Source: an uncultured Mycoplasma sp.
GTDB taxonomy: Bacteria; Bacillota_I; Bacilli_A; RF39; UBA660
Assembly: GCA_945915275.1 (NCBI GenBank)
Contig: CAMEEZ010000004.1
Location: forward strand, 1-48,426
Reading direction: 5' to 3'
DNA: 48,426 nt
The position numbers and the translations under genes are program-made. Under the pieces are notes generated by a model. It did no database searches and was not told the DNA's origin. It saw nothing but the letters and a program-made list of their open reading frames with translations. Every line of letters starts with the position of its first letter. Position 1 is the stretch's first letter. This document shows, in pieces, positions 9,996 through 22,295 of this stretch.

Positions 9996-11798
9996 TTACT
10001 CACCTACTTCTTGATTATAAATTTCATAATATTTATCTATTAATGAGTCAAAATATTTAATTGCATTTTCATAAACAATTTTTTCTTCTAAATTTATACC
10101 TAAAACTGAAAAAGCTTCACTTGGCCATTTATCATATCCGACCTTCATAAAATCATAATACTTTTCTAATGTTTTAGCATCTCCATTAATAATTTTTGAG
10201 GCAACATCAGTAGCTACACTAACGCAAATAGCATAACTATATAAATAGAAATGCATATAATAATGACTTCTTGTAACCCATGAATTTTTACTATATTTGT
10301 CTAATTTAACACTATCTCCATAATATTTCTTAAGAGATTTTTTGGTTAATTTATCCATTAGTTCTTTGGTAATTACTCCACCCTTAGATACTTCTTTATA
10401 CATATCTTGTTCTATTTTAGCTTCTCTTACTGCTCCAAATAAATTTGAAGTAATTACACCAAGAATATTAGAAATACCAGCTAATTTTTCTTCTTTTGTT
10501 TCGCCATGATTAGCAAGATAATCTGATAAAAGTATTTCATTAGTTAAAGACATAACTTCACTGACAATTGAAGAAACACTTCTATACTGGATTGGGTTAT
10601 ATTCATTTACAAACTGATGATGAACATTATGACCAGATTCATGAGCAATAGTAGATACAGAGTCCAAATTATAAGTATAATTCATCATAATCCTTGAATC
10701 TTGTTTCATTGTAGCGTATGAATATCCTCCACTACATTTTCCTTTATATTGACAATAATCAATATATCTATTTTTAATTATTTTATCGTATTTTTCTAAA
10801 TATTCTTTTCCTAAAGGTTTAAGAGCTTTTCTGATTAATTCTTGAGCTTCTGGAATACTATACTCCTTATTATTTTTAACTAATTCCATTAAAATATCAT
10901 ATGTTCTTAGTTTATCAATTCCTAAGACTTTACTTTTTAATCGGTAATATTTCTGTAAAGAAGATAGATTTTCTTCGGTAGTTTCTAGTAAAGTTTTAAA
11001 TACTTTATCATTTAAATTAAGACTAAACAATTTCATTTCCCATGAATCTTTATGATTTCTTAATTTAGCTATAGTTTCATTCATTGATACATACCCATTT
11101 AATAAAGAAGCATTAGTTTCAGAATACTGTTCTATTTTTTTATTAAATGATGTATAAACTTTTTTCCTAACTTGCTCATCTTTATTTCTCATAAGTGCTC
11201 TATAGTTATTATTCGCTATAGTAACAATTTCATCATCAACTTTTACTTTTCCGTAATCATGCTGACTATTTAATAGATTTGATGATATATCATCATAATT
11301 ATTCATCGCATCTGTCAATTCATTGATTATAATTTCTTCCTTTTCAGATAACACATGTTCTTTTTCACGATATATTTTGTCTAAATCAGCTTTGTATTCC
11401 TTTAACTTTGGACATTTATCATATAATTGATTATATTCTTCTTTAGATAATTTTAATAATTCAGGAGCAAAAAAACTAATATTTGTGCAAATCAAAGTAT
11501 TAAGTTGTTCAGCTTTCTTTTTTCTAGCCATACTTGAAGGATTTCCTAATTCTTGATCATTTATTAAATATGAATATACATACAAATCTTCCCATAATGC
11601 TGTTACTTCAGTTTCTTTACATAAAAATTCATAAACTTTATTAGCATCCTTAGTACATCCATTATATTTTTTTAGTTCTTTCGCTAGCTTAGTTGTTTTT
11701 TCATATGTATCATTAAATTCTTTCTCGCTTTTAAAGAAAGATGTCAAATCCCATTTAAATTCTTCAGGAACTTCATTTCTATTATTATATTTTTGCAT
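9996..11798 (-). CDS. pepF: Oligoendopeptidase F (M3B)
   Basis: [28 protein letters not shown] (HExxH), SEVMS; start at MQKY 11798 (RBS GGAGG). Confidence 0.93.
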   Translation of the reverse strand: MQKYNNRNEVPEEFKWDLTSFFKSEKEFNDTYEKTTKLAKELKKYNGCTKDANKVYEFLCKETEVTALWEDLYVYSYLINDQELGNPSSMARKKKAEQLNTLICTNISFFAPELLKLSKEEYNQLYDKCPKLKEYKADLDKIYREKEHVLSEKEEIIINELTDAMNNYDDISSNLLNSQHDYGKVKVDDEIVTIANNNYRALMRNKDEQVRKKVYTSFNKKIEQYSETNASLLNGYVSMNETIAKLRNHKDSWEMKLFSLNLNDKVFKTLLETTEENLSSLQKYYRLKSKVLGIDKLRTYDILMELVKNNKEYSIPEAQELIRKALKPLGKEYLEKYDKIIKNRYIDYCQYKGKCSGGYSYATMKQDSRIMMNYTYNLDSVSTIAHESGHNVHHQFVNEYNPIQYRSVSSIVSEVMSLTNEILLSDYLANHGETKEEKLAGISNILGVITSNLFGAVREAKIEQDMYKEVSKGGVITKELMDKLTKKSLKKYYGDSVKLDKYSKNSWVTRSHYYMHFYLYSYAICVSVATDVASKIINGDAKTLEKYYDFMKVGYDKWPSEAFSVLGINLEEKIVYENAIKYFDSLIDKYYEIYNQEVGE

Positions 11799-11818
11799 AA
11801 TTCCTCCATATATCAACC

Positions 11819-11845
11819 AAAAGTTCTAGTTTCCTAGAACTTTTA
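11819..11845 (-). terminator. Hairpin/terminator between dnaK and pepF
   Basis: AAAAGTTCTAG-loop-CTAGAACTTTT inverted repeat. Confidence 0.7.
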
Positions 11846-11862
11846 ATTTGAATGATATTATA

Positions 11863-14224
<2,362 letters not shown>

Positions 14225-14225
<1 letters not shown>

Positions 14226-14794
14226 TATTCGCTAACCTTAACCATGGCAGGTCTTATAACTTTATCATTATAGATGTATCCTTTTTGTAATACATCAATT
14301 ACTACGTTTGATTCTATACCTTCAACTTTTTCAGTTAAAATAGCATCCATTTTTGCTGGATCAAATGGTTTATTTAAACAATCAATTTCTTCGATGCCTT
14401 TGCTTTTTAAGATATCTCTTAAATTTCCATAAATCATTTTAAATCCACTCAAGAATTTTGAAACCTCATCTTCAAGATTAAGATCATCCATCAGAATTGC
14501 TCTTTCAAAATTATCAATAACCGGTAGAAGTTTTTTTATTAATTCTTCCCCATCATATTTATATATACGACTTATCTCTTCGTCATATCTCCGTTTCATA
14601 TTTTGCATTTCTGCGGATACTCTTAAGAGTTTGTCATTTAACTCTGCTTTTTCTTTTTTTAATTTTTCAACTTCTTCATTTTTTTTACATTTTTCTTTTT
14701 TGTCTTTTTTGTGTTCTTTTTTTTGCTCTTCTTTTATTTGTTCTTCCGTTAGCTCTTTGAACTCTTTTACTTCTTCATTAGAATTCATCATCAT
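14225..14794 (-). CDS. grpE: Nucleotide exchange factor GrpE
   Basis: LRVSAEMQNMKRR, LLPVIDNFERA, FDP, QKGY...VIRPAMVKV; three consecutive ATGs make the exact start uncertain. Confidence 0.96.
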
Positions 14795-15821
14795 CTTCCT
14801 TTTCTATATCTGAAATATAATCATTAATGTATTTCATTAATCCTACGACTCTATCATATTCCATTCTCTTAGGACCAATTATCGCAATTGTTCCTTCTTC
14901 CCCATTCTTATGATAACGACTTTTTATAACCGTTACATTAGAATCAAAATCATTTTCGTCTCCAATGTAAATTCTTATATCATCGTTACCATCAGATTGT
15001 TCAATCTTTCTAATAATATCTTCGTTTTCTAATTTGCTAATTATTCTTTTCATGTCATTAGCATTATTATATTCTGGTTGTTCAAGAAGCTTGGCTTTTC
15101 CACTAACATGAATGTTAGAAGTATTTTCCATAAAATTTCTAAACGAATCATAAAAGATATTATATATTGCTTCGTATTGACTAATTTGTCTTGAAATAAT
15201 TGGCTTAATCTCAAACTCTAACCTTTGACCAATTTCATTAATTGGTGTTCCTACAAGCATTTTATTAATGATTTCACAAGTCTTAACGACTTCTTTGACC
15301 TCAGTGTTTGGAGGTAATACAAATTGTTTATTCTCTACCATTCCTTTATCTGTACAAACAAGGGCAACAACTTTATTGTTGTCCAAAGGAATTATACTCA
15401 CTTGCTTTAACGTATTTTCTTTACTGTTTTTACCAAGCACTACACTCGTATAATTAGTTAAGTCACTAATAATTTCCATACACTTACTTATCGCATCATT
15501 TAATTCCAACTGTTTATTGCTAAATATCGTTTGTAGTTTTAACACATCTTCACCAGTTAACTCTTTTGGTTTCATTAAGTTTTCTGTATAATATTTATAA
15601 CCTTTTTCTGAAGGAATTCTTCCAGAAGAAATATGATTTTTTTCAATATATCCCATTTCCTCTAAGACGGCCATCTCATTTCTAATTGTTGCACTAGAAC
15701 ATTTAAATCTCTTACATAATGACTTACTTCCAACAGGTTTAACTGTTTTAATATAATTTTCTACAATTTCTTTTAACAATTCTTTTTGTCTTGTTTCCAA
15801 AGCCTTCGCCTCACTTAGCAC
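14778..15821 (-). CDS. hrcA: Heat-inducible transcription repressor HrcA
   Basis: PVGSK, SSATIRNEMA.LE..GY, SSGRIPS..GY, IGPKRMEY; the start may be GTG 15821 or a downstream TTG. Confidence 0.96.
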   Translation of the reverse strand: MLSEAKALETRQKELLKEIVENYIKTVKPVGSKSLCKRFKCSSATIRNEMAVLEEMGYIEKNHISSGRIPSEKGYKYYTENLMKPKELTGEDVLKLQTIFSNKQLELNDAISKCMEIISDLTNYTSVVLGKNSKENTLKQVSIIPLDNNKVVALVCTDKGMVENKQFVLPPNTEVKEVVKTCEIINKMLVGTPINEIGQRLEFEIKPIISRQISQYEAIYNIFYDSFRNFMENTSNIHVSGKAKLLEQPEYNNANDMKRIISKLENEDIIRKIEQSDGNDDIRIYIGDENDFDSNVTVIKSRYHKNGEEGTIAIIGPKRMEYDRVVGLMKYINDYISDIEKEDDDEF

Positions 15822-15841
15822 ATCTATTTCCTTAGTGCTAA
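15815..15841. promoter_or_regulatory. CIRCE operator 1 (overlaps the hrcA start region)
   Basis: TTAGCACAT-N9-TAGTGCTAA versus consensus TTAGCACTC-N9-GAGTGCTAA. Confidence 0.85.
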
Positions 15842-15845
15842 TTTA

Positions 15846-15874
15846 ATTATATGCAATTAGTTAGCACTTGTCAA
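15846..15874 (-). promoter_or_regulatory. Consensus SigA promoter of the hrcA-dnaK operon
   Basis: TTGACA (15874-15869)-17 bp-TATAAT (15851-15846). Confidence 0.9.
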
Positions 15875-15888
15875 CCACAAAGTGCTAA
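15861..15888. promoter_or_regulatory. CIRCE-like operator 2 overlapping the -35
   Basis: TTAGCACTT-N10-AAGTGCTAA perfect inverted repeat. Confidence 0.75.
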
Positions 15889-15920
15889 TTTAATAAAAAT
15901 TTAAAAGCTCTTTACAGAGC

Positions 15921-16616
15921 TTAATATAGTTCATCTGTTATATCAACAGTTTTACCATTTTCGTCTTTTACGAAAACACTATAATAATAAGGTTCTGTTG
16001 GGCCAACATCCTTATTTTCAACATCATAAATTTCAATAATATTCTCTAAGTTATTCTCTTTCACTATAAAGCTTAGATCTTTTACTTTAACTTCATTACC
16101 ACACCCTAAAGAATCTATAGACATAGCTTTTAAATCCCCATTGTTTTGTGTGAACAATAACCAACTATTTCCAAAACAAATATCACTTTGATTAGCATAA
16201 ACCTCAAAATGTTTTTTTACATCTTCTAATACAACAGTTTTATCTAATAATTCAGAACCCGCAATTATTGTTCCAGTTTTTGTTTTATATACTTTATGCC
16301 AATTGTCATAATCATAATTCCAATCTCTTATTAATTCTGCTTCAGGCACAGTAAAATTATCATATTTATAATAAACCACTGAGTTCTGTTGGTTATCTTC
16401 TGAATCAATATTTTCTTTTTCGTTGTCTTCACCCGGTGTTTGTTCATTAGTTTCGCCATCATTTCCCTTTGATTCATCATCTAAAACTTCTTGTTTATTT
16501 TCTTCCTTTTTAGAACTATCTTTGTCAGCACTAATCCCAAAATAAACTGCTGCTCCTATTGCTCCAATCGCAATAAATATCAAAACCCACATTATATACT
16601 TTTCTATATTTTTCAT
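15921..16616 (-). CDS. Hypothetical membrane-anchored extracellular protein
   Basis: Likely start MKNIEK at 16616; TM helix, acidic low-complexity linker, C-terminal beta domain with two Cys; terminator AGCTCT-loop-AGAGCT at about 15903-15922. Confidence 0.75.
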   Translation of the reverse strand: MKNIEKYIMWVLIFIAIGAIGAAVYFGISADKDSSKKEENKQEVLDDESKGNDGETNEQTPGEDNEKENIDSEDNQQNSVVYYKYDNFTVPEAELIRDWNYDYDNWHKVYKTKTGTIIAGSELLDKTVVLEDVKKHFEVYANQSDICFGNSWLLFTQNNGDLKAMSIDSLGCGNEVKVKDLSFIVKENNLENIIEIYDVENKDVGPTEPYYYSVFVKDENGKTVDITDELY

Positions 16617-16718
16617 ATTAACCCAACTTTCTATAATTTTATTATAGTTAATTTTAAATAAAATAAAAAGTTCTTTCATCAAGAACGTATTTACTTTACA
16701 TAAACATTTATTTAATGC

Positions 16719-17189
16719 CTAGCTAACTTTAACAATTTCTACTTGATAAGAACCATTAGGACTTTCAACATCAACCATTTCGTTTTGTTTATGGCCTAAT
16801 ACTGCTTTACCAATTGGAGATTCTACAGAAATTCTATTATTGAATGGATCGGCTTCTACTGAACCAACAATAACATATTCATCTTCTTCTCCATCATCAT
16901 ATTTAACAACAATTGTAGAACCAATATTTATTGTATCAGAGCCTTTAGCTGAATCTGCAATTTCACTATGTTCTAATTTATATTCTAATTCTTTAATACG
17001 TGCTTCAAGTTGAGCTTGGTCATTTCTTGCAGCATCATAATCAGCATTTTCAGATAAATCACCCATAGCTCTTGCTTCTTTTAAAGCTTTAATAACTTCT
17101 GGTCTTTTTACTGTTTTTAAATTATTTAATTCTTCTTCTAACTCAAGATAACCTTGAGCAGTTAACACAAATTTTTCTTCTTTTTTCAT
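16719..17189 (-). CDS. greA: Transcription elongation factor GreA
   Basis: ARAMGDLSENADYDAA, ISVESPIGKAVLG. Confidence 0.97.
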   Translation of the reverse strand: MKKEEKFVLTAQGYLELEEELNNLKTVKRPEVIKALKEARAMGDLSENADYDAARNDQAQLEARIKELEYKLEHSEIADSAKGSDTINIGSTIVVKYDDGEEDEYVIVGSVEADPFNNRISVESPIGKAVLGHKQNEMVDVESPNGSYQVEIVKVS

Positions 17190-17224
17190 AATCTCACCTT
17201 CTAGATAAAACCTGTACCATATTA

Positions 17225-18424
17225 CTATAAAAACATATTTTTGTCAAATACCTTTATTCGTATCATATCATATGGTTTAACTTTTAATGGACAATTAATA
17301 TAACAAATCATTTTAGGATGCCTTGCAACTTCTAATTCTTCTTTTGCATCGTTATATATATTATGTATTTCAGTCGTAAAAGTTTCTGTATTTGGGCCAA
17401 AAAATTCTACAATATCACCAATTTTAAAGTAATTCCTTTGCTCAATTTTAGCCATTTTATTCTTTTCGTCATATTCTAAAACTAGCCCTAAGAAATCTTG
17501 ATTTGAGGCTTCATCACGATCCAAAAAATATTGTTCTTTTTCACTAGGAATACTATTAAAAAATTGTGGCGCTGAATCACGATTAGCACATCTATTTAAG
17601 ATATTTAGAGCATAATCCATAAAACCTTCAGTGATAGTATTATCTAAAATCTTATCAATAATCTTACGATACATTAAAACAACTGTAGCAATATAATAAA
17701 TAGATCTCATTCTTCCTTCAATCTTAAATGAATTTACTCCAATTTGAATCATTTCTTTGATATTAGTAACCATATTTAAATCTTTTGGCATAATTGTAAA
17801 TGGTTTATCATAATCTTCTAATTTAAATGTCCATCGGCAAATTTGCGCACATCCACCTCTATTAGAATCACGATTAGTTGTATAATTAGATAAAACACAT
17901 TTACCACTAATACTTGTACACATTGCTCCATGAATAAAACATTCTATATCAATTCCAGTCTCATTCTTTATTCTTTCAATATTATCCTTACTTGATTCAC
18001 GAGCTAAAACAACTCTTTTAACGTTCATTCTTTTCCAAAAATTAACAGCTTCGTAATTTAAAACACTAGCCTGCGTAGAAACATGAATCTCATAATTTAA
18101 TTTTAATTCGTTTATCAGATTTATAACCACAATATCTGAAGCTATAACAGCGTCGATTCCTATTTCATTTAATTTAATTAAATACTCTTTTAATCCACTT
18201 AAATCTTCATTGTGAAAAATTATATTTACAGTAACATAAATCTTTTTATTTATGTTATGAGCAAATTCTACAGCTTTTTGCATATCTTCTAAAGAAAAGT
18301 TATGAGCGTTTGCCCGTAAACTAAAATCTTGTCCGCCAATATATACTGCATCAGCCCCATACATTAAAGCGAATTTTAATTTTTCTAAGTCACCTGCCGG
18401 AGATAATAATTCAATCTTACGCAT
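17225..18424 (-). CDS. trhP2: Peptidase U32 family tRNA hydroxylation protein (YrrO/TrhP2-like)
   Basis: ELLSPAG, GADAVYIGG, HGAMCTSISGKC, NRGGCAQICR, KIEGRMRS; synteny with trmR. Confidence 0.88.
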   Translation of the reverse strand: MRKIELLSPAGDLEKLKFALMYGADAVYIGGQDFSLRANAHNFSLEDMQKAVEFAHNINKKIYVTVNIIFHNEDLSGLKEYLIKLNEIGIDAVIASDIVVINLINELKLNYEIHVSTQASVLNYEAVNFWKRMNVKRVVLARESSKDNIERIKNETGIDIECFIHGAMCTSISGKCVLSNYTTNRDSNRGGCAQICRWTFKLEDYDKPFTIMPKDLNMVTNIKEMIQIGVNSFKIEGRMRSIYYIATVVLMYRKIIDKILDNTITEGFMDYALNILNRCANRDSAPQFFNSIPSEKEQYFLDRDEASNQDFLGLVLEYDEKNKMAKIEQRNYFKIGDIVEFFGPNTETFTTEIHNIYNDAKEELEVARHPKMICYINCPLKVKPYDMIRIKVFDKNMFL

Positions 18425-18425
18425 C

Positions 18426-19235
18426 TTAAATTACCTCCTTTGGTGGTAACTTAAAAATTGTTTTTTTATGTAAAAATCCATCAGTCAGATTAACATTTCT
18501 AAACTTTGGAGCGCTATCATCTTGATAAGATTTTAATAATTCAGCAAAATCATCTTCATTTAAACCATATGTATTTATTAAATTAAATTTTATATTATTA
18601 TGTTTCATATTTCTATTTGTATAAAACTTATTCAAATAAACGACTGTACCACAATCATTTTCAACAAATAAAAACTTTTCTTTAGTAATTGGCTCTAATG
18701 CTAATTCTTTGTTCTTGTTTTTTCTTTCATAAACTTTATTATAATTCGAAAGTAATGTTCTTCTTGAATACATTAACGGAATCATCCCAAAAGAAAATAT
18801 TCCCAACTTTTTATTTGATTTATCCAATATTTTTAACATTTCTTCTTCCGTAATATCCGTAGATATTACTACTGAATCAACATATTTTAAATATTCATTA
18901 ATACTATCATAGTTAGTAAGTAAATGATGAGCAAAAATAATTTTTTCTAAATTCGTTTTTTCTAGAATTGGAATTAATCCTAAATCCTCAAAAAAAACTC
19001 CTTTAATATTACTTTTTAAATTTTTAAACTCTTCTTTTATCTTATCTATATCATTGCAATCTAAATTTTTATTAATATAAAGATAACTATTATCTTCTTT
19101 TATTTCATCTAGTTCAAAAAAATCATTAAATCCTAAGGAATAACCCTTAAACGGAAAAAGGAAAGTATTTATCCCTACTTCCTTAGCTTTTTTTAAATAT
19201 TCTCTGTTATCTATCAAAAATATACTATTTTGCAT
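18426..19235 (-). CDS. Peptidase U32 family small subunit (YrrN/TrhP1-like), divergent
   Basis: FG..PLMYSRRTLLSNY and DGFLHKKTIFK motifs; lies between trmR and yrrO. Confidence 0.75.
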   Translation of the reverse strand: MQNSIFLIDNREYLKKAKEVGINTFLFPFKGYSLGFNDFFELDEIKEDNSYLYINKNLDCNDIDKIKEEFKNLKSNIKGVFFEDLGLIPILEKTNLEKIIFAHHLLTNYDSINEYLKYVDSVVISTDITEEEMLKILDKSNKKLGIFSFGMIPLMYSRRTLLSNYNKVYERKNKNKELALEPITKEKFLFVENDCGTVVYLNKFYTNRNMKHNNIKFNLINTYGLNEDDFAELLKSYQDDSAPKFRNVNLTDGFLHKKTIFKLPPKEVI

Positions 19236-19818
19236 TTTTCTTTACACTGACAGATAATCCATCACCAATATCAAAAAACTCTGTATCAAACTCTTCGTTG
19301 TTTTTAAGGAAATCTATATACCCTTCTATTTTTTGAACTAATGATTTTAGATTTTTACTTTCAATATTAGCTGAGTTACCTACGTGTCCATGAAATTTCA
19401 AATTATCTGTAATAATAACTCCACCATCATTTAAAAAATATTTAAACTTTTCAAAAAATTTAGTATATTGTCCTTTAGCAGCATCAATAAAAATCATGTC
19501 ATATTTTACATCACCCATATTGACTTCTAAAGCATCTTGAAAAACAACATTAATTATTTTATCAAGCTTGCACTTTTTAACGTTTTTAAGGCATTCCATA
19601 TATCTGGTTTCATCTCTTTCGATAGTTGTTACAAAAACATCTTCGGAAGCACTTGCCATAAGTATTGCTGAATAACCAATTGCACTTCCTATTTCTAAAA
19701 CATTTTTAATATTATGACTTTTGATATATTTCATAATAAATGCAATTGATTTTTTTTCTATTATTGGAACATTATGCTCATTAGCATATTCTTCCATTTC
19801 TATAATTAATTCTTTCAT
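19225..19818 (-). CDS. trmR: tRNA 5-hydroxyuridine O-methyltransferase (YrrM/TrmR-like)
   Basis: VPII, LEIGSAIGYSA, FIDAAKGQY, ITDN, IGDGL. Confidence 0.88.
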   Translation of the reverse strand: MKELIIEMEEYANEHNVPIIEKKSIAFIMKYIKSHNIKNVLEIGSAIGYSAILMASASEDVFVTTIERDETRYMECLKNVKKCKLDKIINVVFQDALEVNMGDVKYDMIFIDAAKGQYTKFFEKFKYFLNDGGVIITDNLKFHGHVGNSANIESKNLKSLVQKIEGYIDFLKNNEEFDTEFFDIGDGLSVSVKKNAK

Positions 19819-19819
19819 T

Positions 19820-20896
19820 TTAACCGCCTAACTCTTGTTTATAGTTAATAAACTCATCATATGTATTAGCAAAATAAACTTTGCCAGTAACTATATCCGC
19901 ATAGAAATATATATAATCTGTATTACTTGGATTAAATACTGCATCAATACTATCTAATGATGGGCTACATATAGCTCCGACAGGCAATCCTATAACAGAG
20001 CTGTTCCTAGTATTATACGGATTATTTGTATTTAAGTCAACTTTTGTTAATGGTTCAGTCAATTCCTTTTGAACTGCATAATAGGTTGTAACGTCCATTC
20101 CTAAAGCCATATTTAGTCCTATTCTTTTATAAATTACTTGACTAACAGTTTTTCTATCTTCGCTAGAAAGGGCTTCTTTTTCAATAATTGAAGCCATAGC
20201 TAAAACCTCATGAACTGTTAAATTTTTTTCAATCATTTTATCTTTATATGGTTCTAATTTTTTGCCCATTTCATCTAACATACGGTAAATAATTGTCTCA
20301 ATTGTAGAATTTTCATAAAACTCATATGTTGAAGGAAATAAATAGCCTTCCAAAGGATAATATAAATTATCATTTAAAATATCTTCAGTAATAAACCAAT
20401 ACTTATCAATTAATGAATTTAAAAATTCTCGATCATTTATTTTATTAATAATTTCACTTTCAGTAAAATTAGTGTTTTCACTTATTAATTTGACATATGA
20501 TTTTAATCTTTTTCCTTCGATAAATGTCATAGATATAACTTTTCGTTCGTCAATAATATCACCATTAGAAATAGTAGTAATTATATCTATTGCACTCATA
20601 TTACGATTAAGCATATATTCTCCAGCTTGTAAATTTAAATCACTATTAAAAAACACATATATAAATAATGGAATTTCACTACGTATTAAATCCGCCGTTT
20701 TTAAATTTTGAATAACTTTAATCTTAGATTCTCCTGCTGATACTTTAAATTTAACTTTTTCACTTTTTTTACTTATTGCAGTTAAGCCAAAGCAATACAA
20801 AAAAATTAAAATTGCAATCACAACAATTACTATAGATATAATAATTATTGTTCTTTTTTTATTTTTTATCACAACTACACCCTTCTTATCCTTCAT
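19820..20896 (-). CDS. mltG: Endolytic transglycosylase MltG
   Basis: TM; LQAGEY, LEGYLFPSTY, ASIIEKE, NNPYNTR, GLPVGAI. Confidence 0.94.
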   Translation of the reverse strand: MKDKKGVVVIKNKKRTIIIISIVIVVIAILIFLYCFGLTAISKKSEKVKFKVSAGESKIKVIQNLKTADLIRSEIPLFIYVFFNSDLNLQAGEYMLNRNMSAIDIITTISNGDIIDERKVISMTFIEGKRLKSYVKLISENTNFTESEIINKINDREFLNSLIDKYWFITEDILNDNLYYPLEGYLFPSTYEFYENSTIETIIYRMLDEMGKKLEPYKDKMIEKNLTVHEVLAMASIIEKEALSSEDRKTVSQVIYKRIGLNMALGMDVTTYYAVQKELTEPLTKVDLNTNNPYNTRNSSVIGLPVGAICSPSLDSIDAVFNPSNTDYIYFYADIVTGKVYFANTYDEFINYKQELGG

Positions 20897-21167
20897 TTTC
20901 TTTGCTATCTAAATTTGATAATAATTTCTCTATAAAATCCCATTCTTCATCAGTCTCAATTGGATATAATTTTTTATCATTTCCTGTTGGGTCATAAATA
21001 CTGGCATATGTAATAATACATCCATCACTATCTAAAGAATTATCTGTAAAAACAACATAATGTTTATTATTTTCTTTGGATGAAACTGTTGCAATTATTT
21101 CATATTTCATTTCTTTACCATTTTCATCTTTCAAAATTAGTTCATTTTCTTTTATATTTGAATCCAT
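20886..21167 (-). CDS. DUF1292 family protein (YrzB-like)
   Basis: L.DENG.E, LYPIETDEEWDFIE; synteny. Confidence 0.85.
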   Translation of the reverse strand: MDSNIKENELILKDENGKEMKYEIIATVSSKENNKHYVVFTDNSLDSDGCIITYASIYDPTGNDKKLYPIETDEEWDFIEKLLSNLDSKENEG

Positions 21168-21169
21168 TT

Positions 21170-21589
21170 TTAATTTCCTCTTTTCTTCAAAAAATTTTCT
21201 AATATGATGGTTGCAGCTATTTCATCAACCACTTTTTTTCTTTTTTGATTATTTTTTCCCAAATTAATCAAAATATTATGAGCTTCTACCGAAGACAATC
21301 TTTCATCTATAAATGTGACTGGTATATCTGTATGTTCTTTTAATAAATCTCTAAAATATTTGCTTCTATCTGATGCAAAGCCATAAGAACTATCCATATT
21401 TTTAGGAAGCCCTAAAGCCAATTCAGTGATTTGATATTCTTTTATTATTTCTAAAAGCTTCGGAATAACTTCTTCATAGTTATTTTCTTCAAATCTTAAA
21501 GTTGTTAGTGGGCTAGCTAAAAAATTAGTCTTATCGCTTATAGCAATTCCTAAAGTTTTAGTTCCTAAATCCAAACCTAAATATCTCAT
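21170..21589 (-). CDS. ruvX: YqgF/RuvX pre-16S rRNA nuclease
   Basis: LGLDLGTKTLGIAISD, GLPKNMD, DERLSS, VDEIAATIILE. Confidence 0.95.
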   Translation of the reverse strand: MRYLGLDLGTKTLGIAISDKTNFLASPLTTLRFEENNYEEVIPKLLEIIKEYQITELALGLPKNMDSSYGFASDRSKYFRDLLKEHTDIPVTFIDERLSSVEAHNILINLGKNNQKRKKVVDEIAATIILENFLKKRGN

Positions 21590-21834
21590 TGTTTATTCAT
21601 AAAACTTTCTAAAATCAATTTTACAATTTCACTACGATCTAAGCTAACAATTTTATTTCGAGCGTTTTTATAACTAGATATATAACCAGGATCTCCACTA
21701 ATTAAATAACCAGAGATTTGATTCATTGGATTATATCCACGTTCTTCTAAGGCCTCACAAACTTCTCTTAAAATCTGCTTTATTAATTCGTCTTTTAGTT
21801 CTTGAACATTAAACATACTGGTTTCTTCACTCAT
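21586..21834 (-). CDS. ireB: IreB/ReoM family regulatory phosphoprotein
   Basis: ALEERGYNPMNQISGYLISGDPGYI...AR; start MSEET at 21834 (RBS GAGGTG); promoter TTGTCT-17-TACAAT at 21889-21861. Confidence 0.92.
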   Translation of the reverse strand: MSEETSMFNVQELKDELIKQILREVCEALEERGYNPMNQISGYLISGDPGYISSYKNARNKIVSLDRSEIVKLILESFMNKQ

Positions 21835-21902
21835 AAATTCACCTCTATTAGTTCTATAATATTGTAACATCATTTATTAATTTAGACAATATTTCAACAC
21901 GC

Positions 21903-21928
21903 AAAAAGAGAAATTTATTTCTCTTTTA
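21903..21928 (-). terminator. Terminator downstream of the YjcZ-like small ORFs
   Basis: AAAAGAGAAAT-loop-ATTTCTCTTTT. Confidence 0.7.
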
Positions 21929-21929
21929 T

Positions 21930-22052
21930 TTAATAAAAAATAATTCCTCCAATTATTATTGCTAATAAAATATATAATACTAAAATTATAAAAGCATTAT
22001 TAAATATATTATTTTTTTCATGACAATCATCAGTTTTTTTGCAACATCCCAT
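21930..22052 (-). CDS. YjcZ/SscA-family-like small sporulation membrane peptide (40 aa), absent from the ORF track
   Basis: Manual translation MGCCKKTDDCHEKNNIFNNAFIILVLYILLAIIIGGIIFY*; RBS AGGAGGTG; ILVLYILL.II motif. Confidence 0.8.
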   Translation of the reverse strand: MGCCKKTDDCHEKNNIFNNAFIILVLYILLAIIIGGIIFY

Positions 22053-22078
22053 GGGACACCTCCTCTAAATAGTTTTAA

Positions 22079-22174
22079 TTAGATTATTACGCCTAATATG
22101 ATTATAAGTAAGATAAATAACACTAAGATCATAGCTGGACCTAAACCAGCCCCACAATTTGAACCACAGTTCAT
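22079..22174 (-). CDS. YjcZ/SscA-family-like small sporulation membrane peptide (31 aa), absent from the ORF track
   Basis: Manual translation MNCGSNCGAGLGPAMILVLFILLIIILGVII*; RBS AAAGGAGG; hallmark LVLFILLII; sits next to prsA like sscA in B. subtilis. Confidence 0.85.
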   Translation of the reverse strand: MNCGSNCGAGLGPAMILVLFILLIIILGVII

Positions 22175-22206
22175 ATTACACTCCTCCTTTAAATGTCTTT
22201 TCATAG

Positions 22207-22234
22207 TATTTTATGGTTAATTTTTTAATGTGTG
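22207..22234 (-). promoter_or_regulatory. Putative mother-cell SigK/SigE-type promoter of the small ORFs
   Basis: Minus strand CACA-15 bp-CATAAAATA, matching the SigK CATAnnnTA -10. Confidence 0.45.
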
Positions 22235-22245
22235 AGTGTTATTCC

Positions 22246-22274
22246 TTGAATTTAAATATTAGAATTGTTATAAT
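22246..22274 (+). promoter_or_regulatory. SigA promoter of prsA
   Basis: TTGAAT-17 bp-TATAAT with extended TG. Confidence 0.75.
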
Positions 22275-22295
22275 AAATATCATGGAGGTTAAAGA

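Noticed and set aside
17225-19235. U32 proteins as collagenases
   Set aside because: Pairing with a trmR-like methyltransferase in the yrrMNO context indicates tRNA 5-methoxyuridine synthesis
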